DNA from: Cyanophora paradoxa CCMP329
Lineage: Eukaryota; Plantae; Glaucophyta
DNA: 64,000 nucleotides
Direction of reading: 5' to 3'
NCBI GenBank assembly: GCA_004431415.1
Contig: QPMI01000701.1
Coordinates: 1 to 64,000 of the forward strand
The notes under the pieces are model-generated. The model was not told the origin of the DNA and did no database searches. It was given only the letters and a program-made list of their open reading frames with translations. The position numbers and the translations under genes are program-made. The stretch's first letter is position 1; every line of letters starts with the position of its first letter. Shown piece by piece: positions 12,642 to 24,062 of the stretch.

Positions 12642-14389
12642 TCACTTCTTCCCCTTCTTCTTCTTCTTCTTTTTCGCTCCCGGCGCCGTCGCCGCCCCGG
12701 CCCCCGGGCCCTCAGGCTCGCCGGCCGCCGGCAGGGACGCCTGTGGCGCCGAAACCGGCGCCGCCGCCGAGGCGGGGGCCGCGGTGGCCCCGGCGCGGGG
12801 CGCTGCGGATTCGGGTTCGGGGGCCCCGATACGCGGCGCCCCTCGCCGCCGCATGCGCTCCCGTCGGAGGCTACGGCGGCGGCGGCCGGCGGCTCCGGGA
12901 GGGGGGCGAGGAGGGGCGGGGAGGAGTGCTGGGGGGGCGAGGCGGCCTGGGGCGGGGAGGAGGGGGCGGCGGAGGGGACGGGGGAGCGGCGGTCGTAGGT
13001 GGAGGCGTACCCCCCCGCGGAGGAGGCCTCCCAGCGCTCGCGGGACATCGACTCGACGGCGTCCGTCAGCGTCCGGATGTGCTCGTTCATCACCGACTGC
13101 CCGCCGCGCCCCCCGTGGGCCGGCGCGGGGGCGAGGGGCGGGGGCGAGGGCAGGGGCGCACGAGCTGGGCGAAGCAGGCGCTGCGCATGCCGTCGATGGC
13201 CGCCAGCTGCGCCGCCTCGCCACCCTCCGCGCTCCGCAGCCTGCGCCCCGTGAGCACACGCGCCGCCGGGGCTCGGGGGTCGCAAGGCGCGCACCGGGCG
13301 AGGAGCTCGGCGCGCTCGACGCGGGCGGCGGCGAGGGCCTGCTCGGCCTCCTGCGTCCGAAATACCTGCTTCTGGGCCTCCACCAGCGCCCCTTTCAGCT
13401 CCCGCCGCAGCGCCGCGGCCTCCGACTCCGCCTCGTGCGCGCGGCCCCGGGCCTGCGACTCGGCCAGCCGCGCCTGCGCCACTGCGCGCCCCGCCCCGCC
13501 GCCCTCGAGCCGGGCGGGGCAGGCGGGGCGGGGCGGGGCGGGGGGCGGGCGGACTTCGCTGGGAGGCGAGGGAGGCCTCCTCCTTGGCGCGCTCGGCCTC
13601 GGCGCGGGCCGAGGCGAGCGCCGCCTCCAGCTCCACCACCCGCCCCTGCAGCGCCCGCGCCTCCGCCTGCCCCCCGTCGCGCCCGCCCAAGCCGCCCCGC
13701 CGGGGCTTGGGGGCGGGGGGACCTCGGCCTGCTCGGCGGCGGCGATGGCGCCGTGCACGCGCCGCTCGGCGACGAGGGCGGCCTCCTGCAGCCCCCGCTC
13801 CTGCCCCCGCCCCGCTCGCCCGGCCCCGCCCCAGCCCCAGCCCGCCCCGCCACGCGCACCCGTTCGGACAGCTCCGCCGGAGGCTCCGTCCGCGCCTTCA
13901 CGCCGGGCGCCATGCGCTCCAGCAGCTGTGCCTGCGCGCCCGGCGCGTTGGCGAGCAGCGGCCGGGGGGCGCGCCCAGCGCTTCCTGGGCGCACCCGCAG
14001 CGTCTTAACCTCATTCTTGAGCGAGTCGATCGCTTTCAGGTCGACCTCCGGGGCAGGAAGGGCCACCGGCCGCGGCCGCTGCGCGGCGTCGGCTCACCGA
14101 GCAGCGGGCTAGGGCCCACTCGGCGGGGCGCGGCCTTCGACGGGCTAGCGTTCGATCGAGCATAGGCGCTCACCGGGGTGACGAGCGGGCTCGCCGGCCG
14201 GTCAATGACAGGATGGGGACTCGAAACGGCCTCGGGATCCGCGGGGGCCGGCTCCAGGGCTGCTCGCGCGCAACTCAGTTGGGCGCGAGCATATCGGAGC
14301 GAGCGATCGAGCGCGCACGGGGCATCGATATTTCGTCCCTGCACGACGAGCTCCCCGGATCGTTCAGGGGCTGCTGCACTAGGAAACAT
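12642..14389 (-). CDS. Coiled-coil protein of unknown function with polybasic C-terminus; start uncertain
   Basis: Heptad-rich exons (DLKAIDSLKNEVKTLR, LQGRVVELEAALASARAEAERAKEE, LRRELKGALVEAQKQVF). Ends PGAKKKKKKKGKK*. Confidence 0.55.
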
Positions 14390-14520
14390 GAGAACAGGCT
14401 GCTAGATGGCAGCCAGCTCATTTTGAGCGCGGCTTGGCCGCTGCGCGCCGTAACGCGCGGTAGCCCCCTTCACTTTCTCCCGGGTCCTTTTTTCTGGTTC
14501 CCGCTCTTAGCTGGCTTCAA

Positions 14521-16876
14521 ATGGCGTTTGTAGCGGGCGCTCCGGCGTGGCCAGGGGCTTGTAGATCAACCGGTGAATCAGCTGTCCGCCGTGCGACGCG
14601 CCTCCGCTGATGCCCGCGGCAGGCAGCGCGACTGCTTCCTGCAGCATCCTGCCAGTCGAACGTGACGCCCCGATGCGCGGCAAGCGGTCAGAGAGCACTC
14701 GCAGGGCGCGTTTCGTGGCGGTCGATCATCGCGTCGCGCGGATCTTCTTCGGCCGCTCCCTCGCCGAGGCGAAGCCGCGTCCCTCGGCTGCCCCCGTCGC
14801 GTCACGGCCGGCCGAGATCGCCGGTGAGTCCGGCGCCGGGCCGCGTGCGGTCCCCGTGTCGAGCCCGTTCGAAGCAGCGTCGGGCGCGGGCCCGTCGTCG
14901 GTGGCCTTCTCGGAGCCGACGCTCGGGGGCGTGAAGCTGGTACCGGGCGAGACGGTGCTGCACTTCATCGGCATCGGCGGCATCGGCATGAGCGCCATCG
15001 CCGAGATCCTCACCCGCTTCGGGCGCGCCTGCCTCCCGCCCGGGCCCCGCGCCCCTCCCCGCGGCGGAGCTGACGCGGGGCGGGGCAGGTACAAGGTGCG
15101 GGGCAGCGACGCGGCGGAGGGGGCGAACCCGAAGCGGCTGCGGGAGCTGGGGTGCGAGGTGGAGGTGGGGCAGCGGGCGGAGAACATCACGGGGGACGTC
15201 GCCGTCGTCGTCATCTCCTCCGCCATCAAGGACGGGAACCCCGAGGCGAGCCCGCCCGCCCACGCCCCCGCCCCCGCCCCGGCACGCCTCACGCGGCGGC
15301 CCGGCAGCTCGAGGAGGCGCGGCGGCGGGGCCTGCCCGTCGTGCACCGCGCCGACGCCCTCGCCGCCGTCATGCAGGCCGGCCCCGCCCGCCCCCGGCCC
15401 CTCCCCCTCTTCGAAGGCGCTGGGCTGACGGGGGCTGGGGCGCAGGTGTGCGCGGACCCGGCGAGGGGCGGGGCGGTGGCGGTGGGGGGCACGCACGGGA
15501 AGACGACGACGACGTCGCTGATGGCCGCCCTGCTCGAGGCCGCCGGCGCCGAGCCGACCGTCGTCAACGGCGGCATCATCAACGCCTACAAGTCCAACGC
15601 CAAGGCCCGCCCCGCCCCGCCCCGCCCCGCCCCGCGGGCGGCTGGGCGGGGCTGACGCGGGGGCAGGTGGGGCGGGGGGAGTGGGTGGTGGTGGAGGCGG
15701 ACGAGTCGGACGGGACGTTCACGCGGCTGCCGGCGTCGGTGTGCGTGGTCACCAACATGGACCCGGAGCACATGGAGCACTACCTCTCGTTCGACAACGT
15801 GCGGGCCGCCTTCGGGCGCTTCGTGCGGCAGGCCCTCGCCGCCCCCAACGGGCGCGGCCTCGCCCTCCTCTGCTCCGACCACCCCGAGGTCGCCCGCCTC
15901 GCCGACGAGTGCAGCGCCGCCGCCACCGGCCGCGTCCGCCCTCCCCCCGCCCCCCCCCGCCCCGCCCCGGCGGCGCCTCGGGCGCGGTGCGCTGAGGCGG
16001 GGCAGGTGGTGACGTACGGGTTCAAGGATGGGGCGGAGGTGCGGGCGACGAACGTCCGCTTCACCCCCGACGGCGAGGCCTTCTTCGACGTCACCGCCCC
16101 GCGTCCGCCCCGCCCCGCCCCGCCCCGCCCGCCCCCTCCCGCCTCACTCCTCGGGGCGGGGCGGGCGGGGCGCAGGGGCGCGGATGGCGGGGCTGCGGCT
16201 GCGGGCGGTGGGGGAGCACAACGTGCAGAACGCCCTCTCGGCGGTGGCGCTCGCCCTGGAGCTCGGCATCCCCGAGGCGGCCCTGCGCGCCGCCCTCGCC
16301 GGCTTCGAGGGCGTCCAGCGCCGCTTCACCCTCGCCGGCCGCGTCCGCGGCGTCACGATCATCGACGACTACGGGCACCACCCCGTCGAGATCGCCGCCG
16401 TCCTCCGCGCCGCCCGCGCCGCCGTCAGCGCGGGGGCACCGGGGGCGCGGGTGGTTGCAGTGCACCAGCCGCACCGCTACACGCGCCTCTCGGACCTCTT
16501 CCACGAGTTCGCCGCCTGCTTCGCCGACGCCGACGCCCTGCTCCTGAGCCCCGTCTACCCCGCCGGCGAGGCCCCCATCCCCGTCCGCCCCGCCCGCCTC
16601 GCGCCCCGCCCCCTCGGGCGCGCGTTGACGCGGGGCAGGGGGCGACGCACGAGGCGCTGGCGGCGGCGGTGGAGGCGTCGTGCGCGGGGCCGGGGTCGGG
16701 GCGGGGCGGGTGGTGGGGACGATCGGGGCCCGGAGGAGCTGGCGGGGGCGCTGGACGCGTTGGAGCTGCGCGAGGGCGACCTCGTCGTCTGCCTCGGCGC
16801 CGGCTCCATCTCCGCCTGGGCCCGCGCCCTCCCCGCCCAGCTCTCCGCCCTCTGGGACGTGCCCCCCGCCCAGTGA
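14521..16876 (+). CDS. murC: UDP-N-acetylmuramate--L-alanine ligase, plastid-targeted
   Basis: Transit peptide MAFVAGAP... Motifs [68 protein letters not shown] and LGAGSI. Confidence 0.97.
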
Positions 16877-17825
16877 CCCGCCCCGCCAGCGACACCACAG
16901 GCCCCGCGCCCCTGCCCCGGCCCCCGCCCGCCCCTCCCGCCTCCCCGGGCCCCGCCCCCGCGTCCCGCCCGACCCCTTCCGCGGGCCTCTCTTCATGCCT
17001 TGAGACCGCGAGCGCCACCCTCAGTGTCAGGCAAACCCTCCCCAGAACCTTAATCTTTGGATATGGCGATATGTGTGTCGAACTTCGGAATGAATCTGCT
17101 AGCGCCGCCCCGTACGCGTGGCTGGCGTCGAGCTTCTGTGCCACGTTGTGCACCGGTACCCGGTGACCGTCACGGCGTGGCGGGGGACTCGGCGTCCGGT
17201 CTCAAGCCGCTGATCATGGGCTCGCCGAGTCGAGGCTACGAAGCCTCGCCAGGCCCTGAGGCTCGGGCCGGCGCCTCGGACCGGGCCGACTCAGTGAGTG
17301 GCCATTGGGCGTCTGAGGTCTACCGTAGTACGGCCCGTGGCGGCCCAGCGTCGCTCGAGCGCTAGCAGCCCGGCAGCCTGGCACTGCGGCAGACTGGCAT
17401 TTGATCATGATCATGCCATCGACTCAGCGATCATCATGGCATGTCATCATGGCATGTCATGATGATGATCACTGCAGCTGACTCGTGAGTCGTAATCATG
17501 AGAATTCGAAGCCTTCGGGTTTCATGTTCAGGGCTTCGAATTCAAACTTCCAAAGTTCAAGCCTTGAAGGCTCCGAGGCTCAGCGGCTTGAAGCTCGGAA
17601 GGCTTCTCCGAGCTTGAGGTTCCCGTCAATTCGGACTCTCAGAGTCTCGGCGTCAGCGAGGGGACTGGTTCCGAGTTCGAGGTAAATTCGACGCCGCGAC
17701 ATGCATTATGTATAATTACTAAAGTTACATTAACTAGTGGATTGGATATCGGGGTACAGCGATGGCGATGATGCGGGCAGACAATCGGGCCGATGTGCAC
17801 AAGGGGGAGAGGAGGAGGGGAGGGG

Positions 17826-17859
<34 letters not shown>

Positions 17860-17911
17860 CGGGTGCGGCGGGGCGGGGGCGGCGGGGGCCGGGGCGCGGG
17901 GCGCGACGAGG

Positions 17912-19416
17912 TCAGAGGTCGTGGCGGGCGCCGGCGACGACGGCGTAGGCGAGCATGGGGTACACGAGGTCGACGCTGTGCGGCCCGTGCACCTCCACCC
18001 CCGTCAGCACCGCGTAGTCGCACGCCCCCCGCCCCCCGCCGTCGACGCCGCGATCAGGTGCTCCAGCAGCTCGCCCTGGGCCTCGGCGGCGGCGCGGGTG
18101 ATCTCGTCGAGGGCGGGGCGGGGGCGCCGGGGGGCGGGGCCCGAGGCGCTCGAAGACGAGCTGGGCGAGCAGCGACTCCTCGACGTCCTCGAGGTCCAGC
18201 GCCGGCCGCTCCTGGCCCCGCCCCGCCCCGCCTCGGTGCCCCGCCCCGACGCCCACGCGCCGCGGGCGCGCACGTTCATGAGGCCCTGCGCGTAGCGGGC
18301 CTGGATGGCGCAGAGGGCGCCGCAGGCGTGCGAGGGGCGGCAGCGGCCGGCGCGGGTGCAGGCGCCCACGGTGCCGTCCTCGCCCACCGCGACGTGCAGG
18401 AACGCGAAGAAGACGTACCGCTCCCGCCCGTCCCCCGCCTGCGCCCCGCCCCCGCCCCTCAGCCACCGTCGGGGGGCGAGTGGAGGGCGGGGGGCGGGGG
18501 GGCGGGCCAGCGGGGAGTGCCCCTCGGCGGCGGCGAAGGCGGTGATGCCGCCGGAGAGCAGCCCGCCGATGCCCGCGAGGCCCGACAGGTCGAACTGCAA
18601 ACGCCCACGCCTCACCCCCCGCGCCCCAGGGAGGCCCGCCCCCGGGGGCCGCGGCGGGGAGGGCGCACGGCGCCGGCCCCGCCGGGGGTTGTCCACGCCT
18701 CCTCGATCTTGCGGAAGAGGGGCTGGCAGAGCTCGTCGCGGCACAGGCAGATCACGGGTATGGACGTCTGCGAGGCCCGTCGGGCGAGGCGCCGGCGCAG
18801 GGCGGGGCGCGGCGTGCAGGGCGCGGGGCGGGCGGACCTGCCTGCAGAATCCGAAGGGGGCGAGCCGACGGACCGAGTTGCGCACAAACTCGTCGCGGGT
18901 CACGCAGCCGGGGTACAGCTCCCTCACGCGCTCCTCAAACGCCCTGCTTGCACCCCGGCTCGCTCCCAGGGGGCGGGGGGCGGGGGGCGGGGGGGCAGGG
19001 GGCGGGGAGTGGGCGGCGCGCGCGCACGGGATCGTGAGCAACTGGGGGCGAACGACAGAGAGCAGATGCTGGATGGGATTCGAACTGAAGGCTCTCTTGA
19101 CGGCGCGCACCGCCGCCTCCCGCGCCTGCCCCGGCAGCTGCTCGCGCCGCTCCGGCGGAATAGCCACGCAGGCGCACGATAACTCGATCAGCGGCGCCTG
19201 GGGTCGAAGCACGGCTTCCTGGGTCCCAGCGAAGAAAGCTCTCCGTCCGCCTCGGTGCTCTAGCGAGTTCGATGCCCTGTCCGGGGAGTGGCGGCCCGGT
19301 CGCATGTGCTGCGTACGCGTACACGCTGCGCTAGTCGTGTCTGATGCACGCTGCGCTAGCGCTGAAGAGCTCCATTGCGGCGCGCTGCAGCTACAGCTCG
19401 CTGAAAAGGCTTCCAT
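17912..19416 (-). CDS. LCIB/LCIC-family (theta-type) carbonic anhydrase-like protein, paralog 1, with transit peptide
   Basis: MEAF-type presequence. Motifs LYPG, ICLCRDELCQPL, FDLSGLAG, HSP, FLHVAVGEDGTVG, HACGAL and DYAVLTGVEVHGP. Confidence 0.9.
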
Positions 19417-20284
19417 CGCCCACTCGGGCTGACGATGCGGACGCTGGCGGCGCGCACGGACGCTGGCGGCGCGCACGAGTACTTGGACGAATTCCGGAAT
19501 ACTGGGACTATTCTTGCGACGTTCTGCCGTCGTATGCGTCCCTCGTCTCTTGGACGCGCTCCTCGTCCAGGTTAGTGTGCATGTGCTGTACCCGCTTCTC
19601 CTCCCCCCCCCTACTCGGTCTGCAGCTCTGCCGGTACCCCGGAACCTTGCAAAAATTGTGACGTCGATCGCGAGTGGCTCCGATCGCGCACGATCGCGAT
19701 CGCGCGAACAATCAGCACATGCCTGACTTCTATAAAAGAAGGAATTTACAGACAATAATTATAAATTCAATTAATATTCAACGGAGATTGCGCGCACATG
19801 TATTTGCATCTGGGTACAGTCAACCCTCATCTATTATACTTACTGAAATAATATATTTATTCTGCATGTCAAATTAACAATTTGTGTGTCCAATTTTGGT
19901 GAAAAGTACCTGGTTTTATGAACAGAGCTTGTTCACGCGCCCACGGGTGGGAGAGACAGCTTGTGTCTTACCTAGCTTGCGCGTTCATCTCTTTCGCGCG
20001 CGCGCGCGGACACTAATGGATCGGAGAAGGCGCGCGCGCAAGCATGCATGCGCTACTCAGCCTACTCTCACCTGCGTGAACGTTGCTTTGTTGAGGAGCA
20101 GCGGCTGTACATGTGTCGGCGGATCAAATGCAGATATCGATCTAGAGGCCAAGGCCACCGGTACCGCAGCTTCCTCATCATGAAGGAATCAATGTCCGAG
20201 TCAGATACTATGATAGCGATCGCCGCGTCGCACGTGTCGCTTTGATATCGATACGCGCATGCGTACGTCGCATGCTAGCCAGCT

Positions 20285-20352
20285 GCAGATCTGCAGTGTT
20301 TAGAGGAGAGCAGCACAGCAGATCTGCAGTGTTTAGAGGAGAGCAGCACAGC
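20285..20352. repeat. Exact 33-bp tandem duplication upstream of the F-box/LRR gene
   Basis: gcagatctgcagtgtttagaggagagcagcaca occurs twice in a row; a (CAA)n run follows near 20372-20391. Confidence 0.9.
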
Positions 20353-20471
20353 TGACCGCATTCCTTTCCCTCAACAACAACAACAACAACAAACCCGCAG
20401 CAGAATTTGTGTCCGATACGCGATCAGCGAGTCGTCGCCCACGCGCCGAAGTCAGCTGCGAGGATTGCGCT

Positions 20472-23351
20472 ATGGCGGCGATCGCGGGTTGCCCGTACGC
20501 CTTCTCTTCGTGGGACCAGGTCCGAACCGCACTCGCTCGCGCCCGCCTGCGCGCTGGGCGCCCCGGCCCGCGCGCGATGGCCACCGACCGATCTGCGTCG
20601 CGTGCACGTGCGCAGGGGCTCTTCGAATTCTTCACGGGGCGCGGCAGCCGCGCGAAGAAGGGGCCGGCGCGGCCGTGCGTGCGCGCCGGCGTCGTGAGGA
20701 GGAAGCGCGCGCGCTCGACGACCTCGCAGCCCTACCCGCCCTCGGCCCTCTGCGCGTGCGCATGCGGCTGCCCCTCCGACCCTCCTCCCTCCCCGGCCCA
20801 GCCGCCGACGCCGCGGAAGGTCGCCGGCAGGGTACCGGTGCGGGGAGGGGGCGGGCGGGCGCGGGGCCCGGGCGGCGCTGCCGGAGCTGCCCGACGAGCT
20901 GCTGGCGGAGATCGTCGGGCGCCTCGCGCTGCGCGACCTCGCCGCCCTCGCCGCCACCTGCCGCCCTCTCCGCGCGGCCGCCGCCGCCGCCCTGCCCCTC
21001 GTCCGCGTCCTCGACCTCTCCGCCTGGGCCCCCGGCCACGAGGTCCGCCCTCCCCCGTCGCGATGGCGAGCCGGCGCCCCTCCCCTCGCGCGAGGGTACC
21101 GGTGCGAGCGCCGGTCTCCCCGGGCAGAAGCTGGCGGGGCTGCTGGGGCGCGCTGCGGGGGCGCGCGAGGTGCGGGTGGACTGCTGGAACGTGTACCGCG
21201 ACGCCTGGCTCGCCCGCCTGCCCCGCCCCCTCGAGCGCCTCGAGCTCCGCAACGCCAACTTCCTCAGCCCCGCCGGCTGCGCCCTCGTCGCCGCCGCCGC
21301 CACGCCCCTCCGCGCCCTCGTCGTCACCACCTCCTACCGCCACGACCTCGGGGAGGCCCAGTACCAGGTCTCTCCTCCAGCTCGAGCTTCGATTCCCTCA
21401 GCTGTGCGGGGGAGTGACCACGAGGGGTGCGCGGGGCGGCAGGACCTCGGGCTCGGGGTGGTGCTGCGCGCGGCGGCCTCGACGCTGGAGGAGCTCTGCC
21501 TGGACGTCCCCGACGAGCGCGGGGCGCTCCGCTGGGACCTCGCCCCCCTGCGCCTGCCCCGCCTCCGCCGCCTGGCGCTGCGCTCGGCGGCCCCCGTGGA
21601 CCTCCTCCAGCGCCTCCCCGCCACCCTCCGCTCCCTCTCCGTCTCCGCCGCCGCCTCCCCCCTCTGCGTCCTCGGTGCCCCGCCCCCGCCCCCGCCCCTC
21701 CCCGCCCATCTGACCCGGGGGCAGGGGACGGGTACGTGGAGGCGGTGTGCGCGGCGTGCCCGCAGCTGGAGGAGCTGGAGCTGGGGGGGATGGCGTGGGC
21801 GGGGCGGGGGGCGCCGGCGGGGGGCCTCGCGGGGCTCGCGGCGCTCGTCGGGCCGCCCCCGCTCGCCCTCGTCTCCGACCGCTCCTTCGCCGCCCTCGCC
21901 GTCCGCCCCGCACCCCGTCGCGCGTCATCGCAGCTCATCTCACGCGGCGTGGCGGGCAGCGGCTGCGCTCGCTGCGGGTGCTGCGGCTGGAGCTGGTGGA
22001 GGGCGGGTGGCCCTCGTCGGCGTCGGACGCCGGCGTCGCGCTGCTCGCCGCCTCGTCCCGCTCCCTCGTGCGCCTCGGCCTCTGCGGGATGCGCGGCGTG
22101 GGGGACGCGGCCCTGCTCGCCCTCGCCGCCTCGTGCGGGGCGAGCCTCGAGGAGCTGGACCTCTCGCGCACCGCCGCCTCGGACGCCGGCCTCGCCGCCC
22201 TCGCCCGCGCCTGCCCCCGCCTCGCCCGCCTCGCCCTCTCGTGCGGCCCCCACCCCGCCGCCCCCGCCCCCCGAGCCCCCGTCTTAGCCCGCGCCCGCAG
22301 GCAGTGCGAGCGGGTGAGGGACGGGGCGTGGGGCGGGTGGCAGCCCTCGCGGGCCCCGGGTGCGCCCCGGCGCCCCTCCCCGCGGTCGCCCGCTCAGCCG
22401 CGGCGCGCGCAGCTGGAGTCGCTCGAGCTCTTCGGCTGCGGCGGGGTCGGCGACGCGGCCCTCTGCGCCCTCGCGACGCACTGCACCCGCCTGCGCCTGC
22501 TCGACGCCCGCGGCTGCGCCGCCACCGACCTCGGCGTCGCCATGTCCGCCCCCTCCCGCCTCGGCCCCCGCCCGCTGGCGCCACGGCTCACGGGGCGGGG
22601 CGCGCAGGCTGCTCGCCTCGCCGGCGGCGGGCACGCTGGAGGTCCTCCGTCTCGGCAAGGCCTACAGCAGGCAGGCCCAGGCCAAGGCCGTCTTCCCGCC
22701 CCCCGCCCGCTGGCCCCCCGGACCCCGCGAGGAGGGCCCGCGCCCCTTCCCCCCGGCCTTGCCCTCCGTCGTGGTGGTGCCGGGGGGGACGTACCCCCCG
22801 GGGCTGCCCCTCACGGACGCCTCGCTGGCGCTGATGGCGGCCCCGGGCCGCTGCGCGCGCCTGCGCGAGCTCGTCCTCGTCGACGCCGCCGTCACCGACT
22901 GGTTCCTCGAGCGCGCCGCCCGCTCCCTCGGCGCCCTACAGATCCTCCAACTCGTCGTCCGCCCCCGCCCCCGCCCCCTCCCGCACGCCTCGCCTCACGC
23001 CCCCCGCAGAAGTGCGAGCGGGTGACGGGGGCGGCGCTGCGGCTGCTGGCGGCGGGGGCGACGCGGGGGTCGCTGCGGGAGGTGCACCTGCGGGACAGCG
23101 GGGCGCGCGTCGGGCGGCGCGAGGTGGAGGCCCTGCGGGGCATGCGCGCCCTGCGGCAGGCCCTGCTGCCCTGCCGCGAGACCACCGCCATCCCCGCCCT
23201 CCACGCCTCCAACCGCCTCCTCGACGTCTGCTTCTACTCCCTGCCCCCGCCCCTGCCCCTCCTCCCGCCCCTCCCCCGCGCCCCCTCCGCCTGGCGCCGC
23301 CCCGCGGCCGGCCCCTCCTCCCCGCTCCCGCCCCGCCCCTTCTCCGCTTGA
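20472..23351 (+). CDS. F-box / leucine-rich repeat protein (FBXL-like)
   Basis: F-box ELPDELLAEIVGRLALRDLAALAATCRPLR. Cys-containing LRRs such as LESLELFGCGGVGDAALCALATHCTRLRLLDARGC. Confidence 0.85.
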
Positions 23352-24062
23352 GCCGAGCAGGTGCCGCCGCGAGCGGCCCCACGGGCCGTTGCGCGCTGCC
23401 CTACGGCAGCTTCAGAGCCTGGCCCCGCTGTTAACGATGCCGCATATACATGCATATGCCTTTTTCCTTGCAATTGTCTGTATTTTTGTGGACCGGACCG
23501 CTCTCTAGTTTCAAGTTTCTTATTTCCGAGTTCGGGCCCCGGGGCCGCCTCCGCCGCCGCTGATAACGAGTTCTTCGAGTTCAGCGATCGGCGTGTATAA
23601 CTAGTACTATAATTTCATCCTAGTCGCGCGTACGTTTCTGCTGGGTTCCACGGATCGCAAGGCCAGCCATAGCTAGAGCTAGTAAGCATATATAGGAAGC
23701 ATTGCACGCTAGACCTGCTTCGTAGATTGTACACGTTGATATCTGCATCACGCTTCTCATATCGCTATCATAGTATACGTATCCTCATACCGTCGCGTAC
23801 TGACTCAATACTGAGTTACCGATCGGCGAGAGATGCGATGCGCGATGGCCCAGCGCTAGCCGCGGCCTCGCTGGCCATGGGGCGGGGAAGGTCGAATGAT
23901 CGACACGAGCGGCGAGCCCTTCGGAGTGGCGCTGGCCCATCGGATCAGCCTGGCAGCCTGGCAGCCGCTGAGCGCTTCGGCGCGGGGGGCGGGGGCAGAC
24001 GGCTCGGGGCGGCGGGGGCCGGCTTGGTGCCTCACGAGCGGTGAGTGGCCGGGAGCAGGAAG

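Noticed and set aside
17827-17860. Long poly-G run as a functional element
   Set aside because: Homopolymer length is unreliable, and such runs are extremes of the general skew pattern.
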